From contig JAGBTH010000029.1 of the NCBI GenBank assembly GCA_017631385.1, positions 1-51,301 on the forward strand: DNA of 51,301 nt. The letters run 5' to 3'. The notes beneath the pieces are model-generated. The model did no database searches. It was not told where the DNA came from and was given only the letters and a program-made list of their open reading frames with translations. Source of the DNA: Kiritimatiellia bacterium (GTDB lineage: Bacteria > Verrucomicrobiota > Kiritimatiellia > RFP12 > UBA1067). The first letter of the stretch is position 1. Each line of letters begins with the position of its first letter. Below are positions 43,817-51,301 of the stretch, piece after piece. A program made the position numbers and the translations under genes.

Positions 43817-44185
43817 TTACTCCCCGATACGATCTAAGAGCAAATCGCAAAGCTTATCAATCGACATCTCGGAATTAAACGGAATAGAGAACTCCGCGAG
43901 CTGCTCCTTAACTCCGTCTTCACCCAATTTATCGAGCAAAGCTTTACGCTCTTCTTTGCGCTTTACTTCCTGCTCCGCGAGAAGTTCCTCTTTAGTCTTC
44001 TTAAGTAACTCAGGCTGTGAGGCCTGAGCTTTCTTAGAAGGCTTAAGTCGCGAATCATCAGCGGCATTCAAGAAGTTTGCGGCGATACGCTCATCAATCT
44101 TATCTTTCGCGTAGTCGATTACAGTACCGCGCCTGACGATGCCGTAACCGGGGAGCTGAACATTGGCCGTAGCGACAATCTTCAT
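43817..44185 (-). CDS. Phage protein downstream of the capsid gene (unknown)
   Basis: 122-aa ORF in the operon. Confidence 0.45.
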   Translation of the reverse strand: MKIVATANVQLPGYGIVRRGTVIDYAKDKIDERIAANFLNAADDSRLKPSKKAQASQPELLKKTKEELLAEQEVKRKEERKALLDKLGEDGVKEQLAEFSIPFNSEMSIDKLCDLLLDRIGE

Positions 44186-44709
44186 TATTCACCCTCCTCC
44201 TCGGATGCGGGCGGAACTTCATATTCCTCCTCGTTCATCTTGCGCTTAAGCTCTCGAACCGCGGCCTGGAAGTTTTCAATTTCCCCCGCGTCGCGATAGC
44301 CACCCTGCATGGTAATCACCTTCTCGCTTTCGTCGAGCTTCTCAACCAATCCCGCCTCGATGACAGGCGCTGTCTCGAATGTACCTGAAAGCTCGTACGT
44401 GAGCGCGAGAAAGTTCTTAAGGCCGTCGGGGACACGACAAGCCATAAGGATTTTGCCAGGTTCAAGCGCGGTTATGAGCGGGAACGCTCCAAGCTCCTCC
44501 CACGCTTCACCGTCGCGCGAAGTCCAGAAGTGAACCTTAACGCCCGCCGAGGCGGGGCCAGGCTGATTCCTGACAACGCCCCAAAGCTTGAGGACATCAT
44601 GCTTAATATCCCCATTAAAGCGGCGAGGAATCACGTATTCAGCAACCTGAATCTTCTGAGTCTTGTCGAGCTTCTGCTCACGCGAGAATCTAAGCCACAT
44701 ATCATCCAT
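44185..44709 (-). CDS. Phage protein (possible capsid decoration)
   Basis: 174-aa ORF 17 nt downstream of the capsid gene. Confidence 0.45.
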   Translation of the reverse strand: MDDMWLRFSREQKLDKTQKIQVAEYVIPRRFNGDIKHDVLKLWGVVRNQPGPASAGVKVHFWTSRDGEAWEELGAFPLITALEPGKILMACRVPDGLKNFLALTYELSGTFETAPVIEAGLVEKLDESEKVITMQGGYRDAGEIENFQAAVRELKRKMNEEEYEVPPASEEEGE

Positions 44710-44726
44710 GAGTTTTCTCCCTTCTT

Positions 44727-45818
44727 TTATGCCGCGAACGGATCGACGAGCGACTCCTTAACCTGCATAGCGTCGGACTCACGTACAGGAATATCAAAGA
44801 GCGTAGTGACGTTAGCGCGTCCCAAATACTCCTTAACCTCCATCGCACGTCCGCGAACCTGGCTTTCAATCATCGCCTTAATATTCTTCTTCATCGTGCG
44901 ATCCATATACCAAGCGCAGCGTCCACCTTCGCGCTTAACCGATTCGGACATAAGCGAAATAAGGTCGACAAAGCGATCACGCTTCGCACGATTGGAGTCA
45001 AGAAGCATAAGGTGACGCGAAATATTGCAGATACGCCCACCCGCGTTAACATCACCGCATGCAAGACCCATCTGCCAGTAAAGCTCACGCTCGAACGTCT
45101 TGATATTAGTTCCCGGCTTCTTCGGGTCAGGCATTTCAGACTCGACCATCTCATCTACGTCAATGCCGGTCGAAAGCCCCTGCGGATGGCAACCCGTCCA
45201 ACCTTCGCGTCCCCACGATACGAGATAGATGGAGCCGACGTCAGCAGCTGCATTATCACCCTCAAAGACAGCTCCGTTAAAGACGGTCGAAGCCGCTTTC
45301 ATATCGTCAGAGCAAAGTACGCTCCCGTCGCGCCCATCAAAGCCGTAGCGGGAATACGCTTTTTCAAGGCCGTTAAAGCCTTTCGGGTTATCTCTGAGCC
45401 TACCGTAAATAACCATCTCCTCCATCGCAAGGCGCATACCGCGCATTGTCTTGGTGAGACGCTCATCGACCAGCTGATCGGCATGCAGCTTACCGCGCTT
45501 CTTCGCATCGCGGAAAAGCTTACGCGGAATGACGAGCTTTGTACCCATCATGGCGCACTTAACCTGATACGAATCGCTGGAGGTCTTGCCGCCTCTCAAG
45601 CCTTCGTTGTACCCTACCCACTCAGGCCAGGGTATTTCTGTTTCCACTTTGACGGTCATGGCGCTTCCATCGTCGCACTCCAGGATCGTCATATCGTCGC
45701 ACATCGGCGTATGTTTAGCCAATTTGTCGACGACTTTCATGACGAAGTTATCGCCAATCTCACGGTTCTTCAAGAAGTCCATGAGCGTGAACGCTTCTTC
45801 GCCCTGTATCGTTTGCAT
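44727..45818 (-). CDS. Major capsid protein (HK97-fold candidate)
   Basis: 363 aa following a scaffold-like gene. Size and position are typical, but there was no search. Confidence 0.7.
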   Translation of the reverse strand: MQTIQGEEAFTLMDFLKNREIGDNFVMKVVDKLAKHTPMCDDMTILECDDGSAMTVKVETEIPWPEWVGYNEGLRGGKTSSDSYQVKCAMMGTKLVIPRKLFRDAKKRGKLHADQLVDERLTKTMRGMRLAMEEMVIYGRLRDNPKGFNGLEKAYSRYGFDGRDGSVLCSDDMKAASTVFNGAVFEGDNAAADVGSIYLVSWGREGWTGCHPQGLSTGIDVDEMVESEMPDPKKPGTNIKTFERELYWQMGLACGDVNAGGRICNISRHLMLLDSNRAKRDRFVDLISLMSESVKREGGRCAWYMDRTMKKNIKAMIESQVRGRAMEVKEYLGRANVTTLFDIPVRESDAMQVKESLVDPFAA

Positions 45819-45899
45819 AGGTTTTTCTCCTTTTGCTTTTGTTATTGACCGTCCTGGCGGCGAGAGGCACCCGCCTCTCTGGAAACCACCAGACGGAAA

Positions 45900-46682
45900 T
45901 TAGACTCCCATGAACGAATCGGAGAGTGACTTAGTTTCTCCCGCTCCTGCGGCGCCACTGCCATTGCGTACATTATCCTTAGGTAGACGCTCACCTACGA
46001 AATGCAACATGGTCAAAAGCTCCTTATCGACGCCAACTTCAGTTTTAACGAGCGTGTGCCAAAGAGCTGAATCCTTCGTAACGAAATGCTTTACCGCTCT
46101 ACTGATAGTATCTCTGGCGGGCTTATCGAAATCGCGGTAATAAGCCTCGTTCATTTTCTCAAATTCAGCCATACGCGCTTCATGAGCCTTCTTCATCTCT
46201 TCAAGCTGCGTCTCTGAAGCCTTCTTCTGCATAGCGGCAAACTCATTGGCCATCTGATTAGCCTTTTCGGGATCAATACCGTGACGCTTAAAGAACGCGG
46301 GCATTTCCTTACGATAAAAAGGATCGAAGTCTGTCTTGCCGTAAATCTTCTCATCGAGCTTAATTGCGTCGTTATACGCTTTAGCCTCTTCAGATGTAAG
46401 CTCGCCCTCTTTAGGCTTCTCAGAAGTCTCATCAGCCTTTCCTGACGACTCTGAAGGTTTTTCATTAGACTTACCTTCACCCTCGCCGTCGGGATTGGTT
46501 TTTTCGCCTCCCTCGCTGGAATTTAGCTCATCAGCAAGCGCATTAGGCTTTTCTTCAACGCTACCTTCTCCTCCTTCGGCACCACCATCTCCGCCCTCAC
46601 CGCCTGTAGGCTGAGGAGTCCCGCCACCGCCCTCGGATCCGGCTTCATCCATGAAAATCCTACCAATCAACCAATCTTTCAT
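45900..46682 (-). CDS. Scaffolding protein
   Basis: 260 aa, acidic, Gly/Glu-rich N-terminus and helical remainder, located between the portal and capsid genes. Confidence 0.55.
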   Translation of the reverse strand: MKDWLIGRIFMDEAGSEGGGGTPQPTGGEGGDGGAEGGEGSVEEKPNALADELNSSEGGEKTNPDGEGEGKSNEKPSESSGKADETSEKPKEGELTSEEAKAYNDAIKLDEKIYGKTDFDPFYRKEMPAFFKRHGIDPEKANQMANEFAAMQKKASETQLEEMKKAHEARMAEFEKMNEAYYRDFDKPARDTISRAVKHFVTKDSALWHTLVKTEVGVDKELLTMLHFVGERLPKDNVRNGSGAAGAGETKSLSDSFMGV

Positions 46683-47032
46683 TTGTTTTCTCCTTTATCT
46701 GAATTAAGGTTAATAAAATGCTCAGTCATAATCTCAGCAACAAACTCTTTACCCTCATCAGCTCTCGCCAAATCGGCACAGATGGAGTAAATCGTCATTC
46801 CGTGCGCCTGACCCGCGTCGGTCTTAAGGCCGTTATTAAAGCAACCTCCATGAAGATTAAAAGTACGCTTAAACCAGCGCTTAAATACTTCGCTCTTACA
46901 TAGAACGCTAATATCGCTGAGTTCAGCTTTACGCTTCTCTAAGCGAAGTTCCTCTATTTTCTTTGCCGCCTTTGAATCTGTTTTGGCAAAGATTTCATCT
47001 GTCTGATGGCCTAATGGCGCAATTCGTGACAT
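46679..47032 (-). CDS. Small phage protein (117 aa from the ATG at 47032)
   Basis: The start MSRIAPLGHQ lies directly after the portal stop (TAA-T-ATG). Confidence 0.45.
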   Translation of the reverse strand: MSRIAPLGHQTDEIFAKTDSKAAKKIEELRLEKRKAELSDISVLCKSEVFKRWFKRTFNLHGGCFNNGLKTDAGQAHGMTIYSICADLARADEGKEFVAEIMTEHFINLNSDKGENK

Positions 47033-47033
47033 A

Positions 47034-48809
47034 TTATGCCCCCAATCCTGTTGCGGCTCTTGCAAGCGGAGCTAAGAGCCTGTCTTCTGTTATTTGTGTA
47101 TTACCAAGCTTATTTACCACATCTGCGCCCCTATCGAGTATCTCGGCGTTCTGCGCCGTCTGCGCGGCCTCCTGGCGCTTCGTGCGCGTAGCCTCGACAA
47201 TCTTATTGTCAATCATACACTCTGTAGGCACATTAAGAATTTCAGCCATTCTTAAGTTAATCTGATCAGCATTAACTATATCAGCGGGATCGTTTATGGG
47301 ATCCTGCTTTAATTCCTTCGTAACGGCTACATTCTGTAACCAAGCCTGAATACCGTTCATCTCAGCTAAACGCCGTGCCTGATGAATATTAGATACATAT
47401 TCTGGAGAGACGACCTTAACCATCTCGCCTATAATCGCGATAGTGTTATCATCAATCGGCGCTACCTTCGCTTTAATAGCCCATCTCCAGATTGTATTTA
47501 CGAGGATATTAAGAAACTCTACTTCGCAGTTCGATACCATCGCGCCAAGCTTCTGCATACCTTCAGCTTTAGCGTAATTGATCTGCGTCGCTGTTACCTT
47601 ACCCATACTATCCCGAAATAGATCCATCGCGGTAAACGCATCAATGTAAAATAGCGTCTCAAGTTCTGCCTTAGCGATTATCTCGCAGTTTCTCGTATCT
47701 TCCATTGAGGGAGGATTGGGCAATACCGGCACAACAAAGCCCTGGCGCTGCTCGCCCATGCGGGTATAGTTTATATCGCCTCTACCGATACCAATACCGT
47801 CTTCCTTAAATTCACTTGAAACTATAAGAGCGGGCTGTGCCTTATCGCCTGAAATCTTATATTCATCATACCTGAACGACTGCAAACCACGCGCGAGATC
47901 CAAGCCGTCGAGACCTAAGCCGCGACCATATACATCGCCATATTCGCAATCAAGGCGAGGAGCGATAATGGGATTTACATCATACCCGTCTACTGCGAGA
48001 ACTCCCCTATGAGAATCATTCTCATTCTTTGATCCTCCGTCCACCCAATATATCGAGCGCCAGAGACATTCATCGGATAATTCGCAAGCCGAAGATACTA
48101 CATCAAATTCACGCTCTTTACCGACGGTATTAGGCTCAATGAGATTCCATACTACAATATGCTTCTCACTACCAGCTTTTGCTGCTTCTCGAATCCATTT
48201 AGGAGTATTATCGACTCCAAATTCTTTTATAATATCTAAGGGCTTCCAAGCGAACTTTCGAGCTACGCTGCATACTCTGCCGCTCTTACCTATATCGAGC
48301 GCGTATGTGCCAGGGCGCAAGGTATACGCCTCAATAATCTCTCCTGAATCTTCCTCGGCTGCCGCTATGAGCATACACCCGAAGCCGTTTACGAGATAGT
48401 GCATAAAGAGACGGTAAATGGCGCTATAGACGTTTGAACGCGCCATTAAATATCTCGCGCCCTCGGTAAGCTTCTCTAATGCGAGCTTACGCTCACGCGA
48501 TATACCATCCCTTAGAACCTTAGGTACTGAAAGATAAAACCAAGGTTGGCCTTTGCTCGTTAAGTTCTGAAGCATTCCCGCCGCCGCTTTTCTCGCGGTC
48601 ATAATAGGTAGAGTCGTTAATACCCGATGATCATCATCGTGATACCCTTTATCAGCGAGAGACTCTACCCCCTTCTCCCATCCCGCCTTGCCGAGCGGAT
48701 AAAACTCCGTCGCTACAGCGAGCATATCTTCGCGAAGAGGCGCTAACCGCGCAAACAGCCTTTTAGCTGTTTTCGAGCTGTGGTCTAATATTATCTTATA
48801 ATCTCTCAT
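47034..48809 (-). CDS. Portal (head-to-tail connector, podovirus type)
   Basis: 591 aa. GKVTATQINYAKAEGMQKLGAMVSNCEVEFLNILVNTIW matches the portal (M)TATE(V)...LGP...L..E.L.P pattern. First gene of the structural block. Confidence 0.75.
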   Translation of the reverse strand: MRDYKIILDHSSKTAKRLFARLAPLREDMLAVATEFYPLGKAGWEKGVESLADKGYHDDDHRVLTTLPIMTARKAAAGMLQNLTSKGQPWFYLSVPKVLRDGISRERKLALEKLTEGARYLMARSNVYSAIYRLFMHYLVNGFGCMLIAAAEEDSGEIIEAYTLRPGTYALDIGKSGRVCSVARKFAWKPLDIIKEFGVDNTPKWIREAAKAGSEKHIVVWNLIEPNTVGKEREFDVVSSACELSDECLWRSIYWVDGGSKNENDSHRGVLAVDGYDVNPIIAPRLDCEYGDVYGRGLGLDGLDLARGLQSFRYDEYKISGDKAQPALIVSSEFKEDGIGIGRGDINYTRMGEQRQGFVVPVLPNPPSMEDTRNCEIIAKAELETLFYIDAFTAMDLFRDSMGKVTATQINYAKAEGMQKLGAMVSNCEVEFLNILVNTIWRWAIKAKVAPIDDNTIAIIGEMVKVVSPEYVSNIHQARRLAEMNGIQAWLQNVAVTKELKQDPINDPADIVNADQINLRMAEILNVPTECMIDNKIVEATRTKRQEAAQTAQNAEILDRGADVVNKLGNTQITEDRLLAPLARAATGLGA

Positions 48810-48831
48810 ACGGCTGTTTGGCGGTTATCTT

Positions 48832-48906
48832 AGGGATGAGGGATGGGGGATGAGGGATGAGAGAAGATAAAGGGATGAGGAAAGAGGGATGAGGGATGAG
48901 AGAAGA
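48832..48906. repeat. G-rich arm (GGGATGAG-type octamers) left of the second four-helix-bundle gene
   Basis: agggatgagggatgggggatgagggatgagagaagataaagggatgaggaaagagggatgagggatgagagaagaa. Largely complementary to 49283-49389. Confidence 0.85.
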
Positions 48907-48924
48907 ATTTGATATAATAATGAA

Positions 48925-49281
48925 ATGAAAACAGATGCAATGTACAAAGAGTTGATAGTTTGGCAGCAGTCAATGGATCTTGTAGACATAATCTACAAAT
49001 TGATAAAGACTTTCCCAAAGACAGAAAACTACCGACTATGTGACCAACTCTCACGAGCAGCAGTTTCGATACCCTCAAACATTGCCGAAGGGAATGGACG
49101 CGGTACAAGACAGGACTACGCACGATTCCTTTCAATCGCGAGAGGCTCATTGTACGAAACAATGACGCAAGTCGAGATAGCCAGAAGACAAGGCTACATT
49201 GATGACATTTCAGAGATTGAATCACTCGCTGACTCAATCCGTCGAATGTTAAACTCAATGATTCATAAATTATCATCTTAA
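48925..49281 (+). CDS. Four-helix-bundle protein, 23S rRNA intervening-sequence protein family (second copy)
   Basis: YKELIVWQQS...CDQLSRAAVSIPSNIAEGNGR...FLSIARGSLYETMTQVEIARRQGY. Antisense to the phage operon. Confidence 0.85.
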   Translation: MKTDAMYKELIVWQQSMDLVDIIYKLIKTFPKTENYRLCDQLSRAAVSIPSNIAEGNGRGTRQDYARFLSIARGSLYETMTQVEIARRQGYIDDISEIESLADSIRRMLNSMIHKLSS

Positions 49282-49282
49282 C

Positions 49283-49389
49283 TCTCCTCTCATACCTCAT
49301 ATCTCATCCCTCATACCTCTTTTCTCATACTTCTTCCCTGCGGCGTAGCCGCTCCCCTCTCATCCCTCATACCTCATCCCTCATCCCTT
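49283..49389. repeat. C-rich arm (CTCATCCC/CTCATACC octamers) in two blocks split by a GCGGC-GTA-GCCGC mini-hairpin
   Basis: tctcctctcatacctcatatctcatccctcatacc...ctctcatccctcatacctcatccctcatccc. Confidence 0.85.
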
Positions 49390-49597
49390 ATCTTCCCCCA
49401 AGCGTCGAGTTACCAGAATTCTGTGACGCGCTTGAATATCGGCGATAAGTCTGACTTATCCCTCTCAGACGCTCTCGCTCCTGGGCTTGAAGAAGCTGTG
49501 CGCTCTCGTTATCTGCCGCTATGGATTTTGCAATAGCCGGAGTTACAGACGGCTCTGGTGCCGCTGTTGCGACTCTGCTACTTGAACCTTTACCCAT
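49388..49597 (-). CDS. Small phage protein (69 aa from MGKGSSS)
   Basis: The track ORF is trimmed because its N-terminal 26 residues are translated from the repeat arm. Confidence 0.45.
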   Translation of the reverse strand: MGKGSSSRVATAAPEPSVTPAIAKSIAADNESAQLLQAQERERLRGISQTYRRYSSASQNSGNSTLGGR

Positions 49598-49603
49598 GGC
49601 TTT

Positions 49604-49640
49604 AGAGGGATGAGGGATGAGTAAAGAGGGATGAGAGAAG
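49604..49640. repeat. G-rich arm of a gene-less stem
   Basis: agagggatgagggatgagtaaagagggatgagagaag, complementary in type to 49735-49799. Confidence 0.8.
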
Positions 49641-49734
49641 ATGCTTACGCACCATCTTGTTACTCTTAAGGACACTTTCGTTTTTCATGTTTATTCCTCC
49701 TATGATTTTATAAATTCGCGTTTTGCTCTCACGG

Positions 49735-49799
49735 CTTTTCTCATCCCCCATACCTCATACCTTCCAAAACTCCCCTCTCATCCCTCATACCTCATCCCT
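49735..49799. repeat. C-rich arm of the gene-less stem
   Basis: cttttctcatcccccatacctcataccttccaaaactcccctctcatccctcatacctcatccc, followed by small GC hairpins (TGCGCC-AAA-GGCGCA and GCCGC-GTCA-GCGGC). Confidence 0.8.
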
Positions 49800-49944
49800 G
49801 CGCCAAAGGCGCAAGCCGCGTCAGCGGCACTATTATCTCATAGGTTTTTTACAAGTTTCTTTTAATGTCTTTTTAAGTTCCTTTGGCTTCTCTTGGTGTC
49901 TCTTTGTGAGTTGAAAATAATAGGGAGAAAGTGTTTGACAGAGG

Positions 49945-51033
49945 TTAAAGATTAGGTATCGCATTCACTGCCATTCTAAGCGAATCTACGTTTTCGTGGT
50001 AATAATGCCGCGTCATCGCTGTAGACTCATGACCGACGATAGATTGTACGATGTGTAGCGGAACTCCTGCATTTGCAGCGAGTGAAACGAATGTATGGCG
50101 GAGTGAGTGAAATGTTGCCTCTGGTGTTTTTCTGCTACGCCCCTCAAGTAGTATCGAGGTTGTAATATTAGCTGAATCGAATATCTGAGCTATCCCCTGA
50201 CTTATTTTCCATCGAGCGCCAGTATAATCATTAGCTATTTCGGGAATAACAAAAACTCCCCTTTCAGCCTCTGGAATCTCAGAGAGTATTTCCCGTAAGG
50301 CTGGATGCAAAGGAATCGTTATTGGCCTACCGTGACTATGGCGCTTAGTCTTTCTTGGGATAAGCTGGATAATCCCTGATAGCATATTAACGCTTCTCCA
50401 TTCAAGGCGGCAACAGTCCCCAAGACGAAGCCCGGTATAAACTCCGATAGTAAAGAGAGTCTTCCACTCTTTACCCTTTAGTTCTGCGCATAGCATAAGA
50501 CGCTTTAATTCCTCTACAGTCAACTCTCTACGGCTATGAGAATCATCAGGGCGAAGCTTAACGCCTTCCCACGGATCTTCGTCGATGCCGGCTTTCTGCG
50601 CGAGGATATGGAAAATCTCACGTAATACACATACGCGATTATTATATGTTGACGCGCAATGATCGACGCGAAGACACGCGAGATACTCCGCTATAGCGTC
50701 ATGAGTAATTCCTGCTAAGTCATTTACTTCAAGATGATTCTCCTCCATCCACTTAGCAAAGTGCATCCAAACAACACGCTTTGCTGTCATTGTAGAGGGA
50801 GCGAGTTCGTTGCGGTTAGGCGACTTAATATACTCAAGCCATACCTCCGCTAAGGGTAAGCGGCGCTCCCCCAAGCCAAACGGAGCTAAGAACTTTTGCA
50901 AAAACCTCTCTGCCTTAGCCTTATCTCTTGTTCGGGTTGATCGAGAGAAGCGTTTACCGTTTATGCAGACTCTCATAGTCCAACGACCGCTTTTCTCTTG
51001 TTGTAGGTTACCCATACCTTTTTCTCGTGCCAT
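49945..51033 (-). CDS. int: Phage tyrosine integrase
   Basis: N-terminal arm-binding-type domain (GRWTMRVCINGKRFSRSTRTRDKAKAE). Catalytic region TGLRLGD...HSLRHTFVSLAANAGVPLHIVQSIVGHESTAMTRHYYH. Confidence 0.9.
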   Translation of the reverse strand: MAREKGMGNLQQEKSGRWTMRVCINGKRFSRSTRTRDKAKAERFLQKFLAPFGLGERRLPLAEVWLEYIKSPNRNELAPSTMTAKRVVWMHFAKWMEENHLEVNDLAGITHDAIAEYLACLRVDHCASTYNNRVCVLREIFHILAQKAGIDEDPWEGVKLRPDDSHSRRELTVEELKRLMLCAELKGKEWKTLFTIGVYTGLRLGDCCRLEWRSVNMLSGIIQLIPRKTKRHSHGRPITIPLHPALREILSEIPEAERGVFVIPEIANDYTGARWKISQGIAQIFDSANITTSILLEGRSRKTPEATFHSLRHTFVSLAANAGVPLHIVQSIVGHESTAMTRHYYHENVDSLRMAVNAIPNL

Positions 51034-51063
51034 ATTTCCTCCTTTAGTGTTGATTTTGAAAAT

Positions 51064-51301
51064 ATGAGTTTACCACACATTCCACACTTTACTGCACATC
51101 TTCTGCACTTTGAGGTGGTGATAAGAGGGTTGTTTTACTGCCATTTTCTGCACAGGAATATTGTTGGATATTCCACGCAGTCAATGCTTGCGGAAACTGG
51201 CTACAACTTCATTATTCCTACGTTTGTTGATGTTGGCGCCGACACTGCTACTTATGACCTCCAGAACCTGAAATTGGTTAATGCTCCTGGCGATGGCATG
51301 A
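51064..51301 (+). CDS. Partial 'IVGY-family' gene running off the right edge, with a 31-codon element-derived leader
   Basis: ATG at 51064, frame open to the window end: MSLPHIPHFTAHLLHFEVVIRGLFYCHFLHR-NIVGYSTQSMLAETGYNFIIPTFVDVGADTATYDLQNLKL... The YDLQNLKL segment resembles TDIQDIKL of 16356..17075. Confidence 0.55.
   Translation, partial: MSLPHIPHFTAHLLHFEVVIRGLFYCHFLHRNIVGYSTQSMLAETGYNFIIPTFVDVGADTATYDLQNLKLVNAPGDGM
51088..51153 (+). promoter_or_regulatory. Candidate integrase arm-type sites (direct repeats TTTACTGCACATCTTCTGCAC / TTTACTGCCATTTTCTGCAC)
   Basis: Two similar ~20-mers at 51088-51108 and 51134-51153, between the int start and the core. Confidence 0.4.
51156..51170 (+). repeat. 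15-bp core GAATATTGTTGGATA (candidate attR core), identical to 6889-6903
   Basis: Exact match. Family similarity of the downstream IVGY gene begins here. Confidence 0.6.

Larger units (their letters stand above)
19606..51170. mobile_element. Integrated podovirus-like (T7-like virion gene order) prophage or prophage remnant; right end at the 15-bp core, left end uncertain (may extend to about 17076)
   Basis: A contiguous minus-strand block runs portal, scaffold, capsid, gp11/12-like tail and gp13-16-like internal proteins. A canonical integrase sits at the right end next to repeated arm-like sites and the core. Confidence 0.8.

Noticed and set aside
44530-45848. Plus-strand ORFs 44530..45015 and 45012..45848 opposite the capsid gene
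   Set aside because: They are antisense shadows of a tightly packed minus-strand structural operon.
48830-49300. The 156-aa minus-strand ORF overlapping the second four-helix-bundle gene
   Set aside because: Its ends are translations of the octamer arrays (PHPSSLFPHPFIFSHPSS...) and its middle is antisense to a gene with a clear family signature.
48832-49799. A possible CRISPR array suggested by the many short repeats (also 10905-10950, 12085-12160, 30133-30290)
   Set aside because: The repeat period is 6-8 bp with no unique spacers. The units are degenerate and arranged as inverted arms, and no cas genes are present.

Overview
The window holds a bacterial chromosomal accessory region followed by an integrated podovirus-like prophage. 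PEP-CTERM sorting signals and autotransporter-type beta-strand repeats suggest a PVC-like or other Gram-negative host, but that is inference only. (1) 1-3917: a partial gene and a 1116-aa LamG/beta-helix surface protein. (2) 3918-6903: a small accessory patch. It contains a basic ORF bracketed by a perfect 28-bp inverted repeat, a beta-helix gene fragment and a degenerate tyrosine-recombinase-like gene. (3) 6797-17075: a roughly 10-kb imperfect palindrome made of two convergent, diverged copies of a five-gene envelope cassette. Each cassette runs: tandem-domain 'IVGY' protein, PEP-CTERM protein, membrane protein, secreted protein, membrane protein. The palindrome centre carries an AbiEii-type nucleotidyltransferase pair and a four-helix-bundle (23S-rRNA-IVS-protein family) gene framed by a perfect 38-bp inverted repeat. 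(4) 17341-19605: a CoiA-like nuclease, a 46-aa ORF and a DUF3800 protein. (5) 19756-51033: a minus-strand T7-like virion module plus a canonical tyrosine integrase. The module reads portal, scaffold, capsid, fibre-like proteins, gp11/gp12-like tail tube, and gp13/14/15-like internal proteins. Its gp16 slot is filled by one uninterrupted gene of about 4610 aa carrying zincin, ParB-like, PARP-like ART, RadC/JAB, MORN and ComF-like PRTase motifs, i.e. a polyvalent protein. I recognise no terminase, replication or endolysin gene. Short purine-rich repeat arrays forming inverted 'arms' recur across the window: around both four-helix-bundle genes, around a gene-less loop, in frame inside the giant gene, and as orphans. 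Three 'IVGY' genes lose family similarity at the same codon. Two of them sit next to recombinase genes, share an identical 15-bp core, and have a 31-codon element-encoded leader. All functional calls come from motif recognition by eye; no searches were run.
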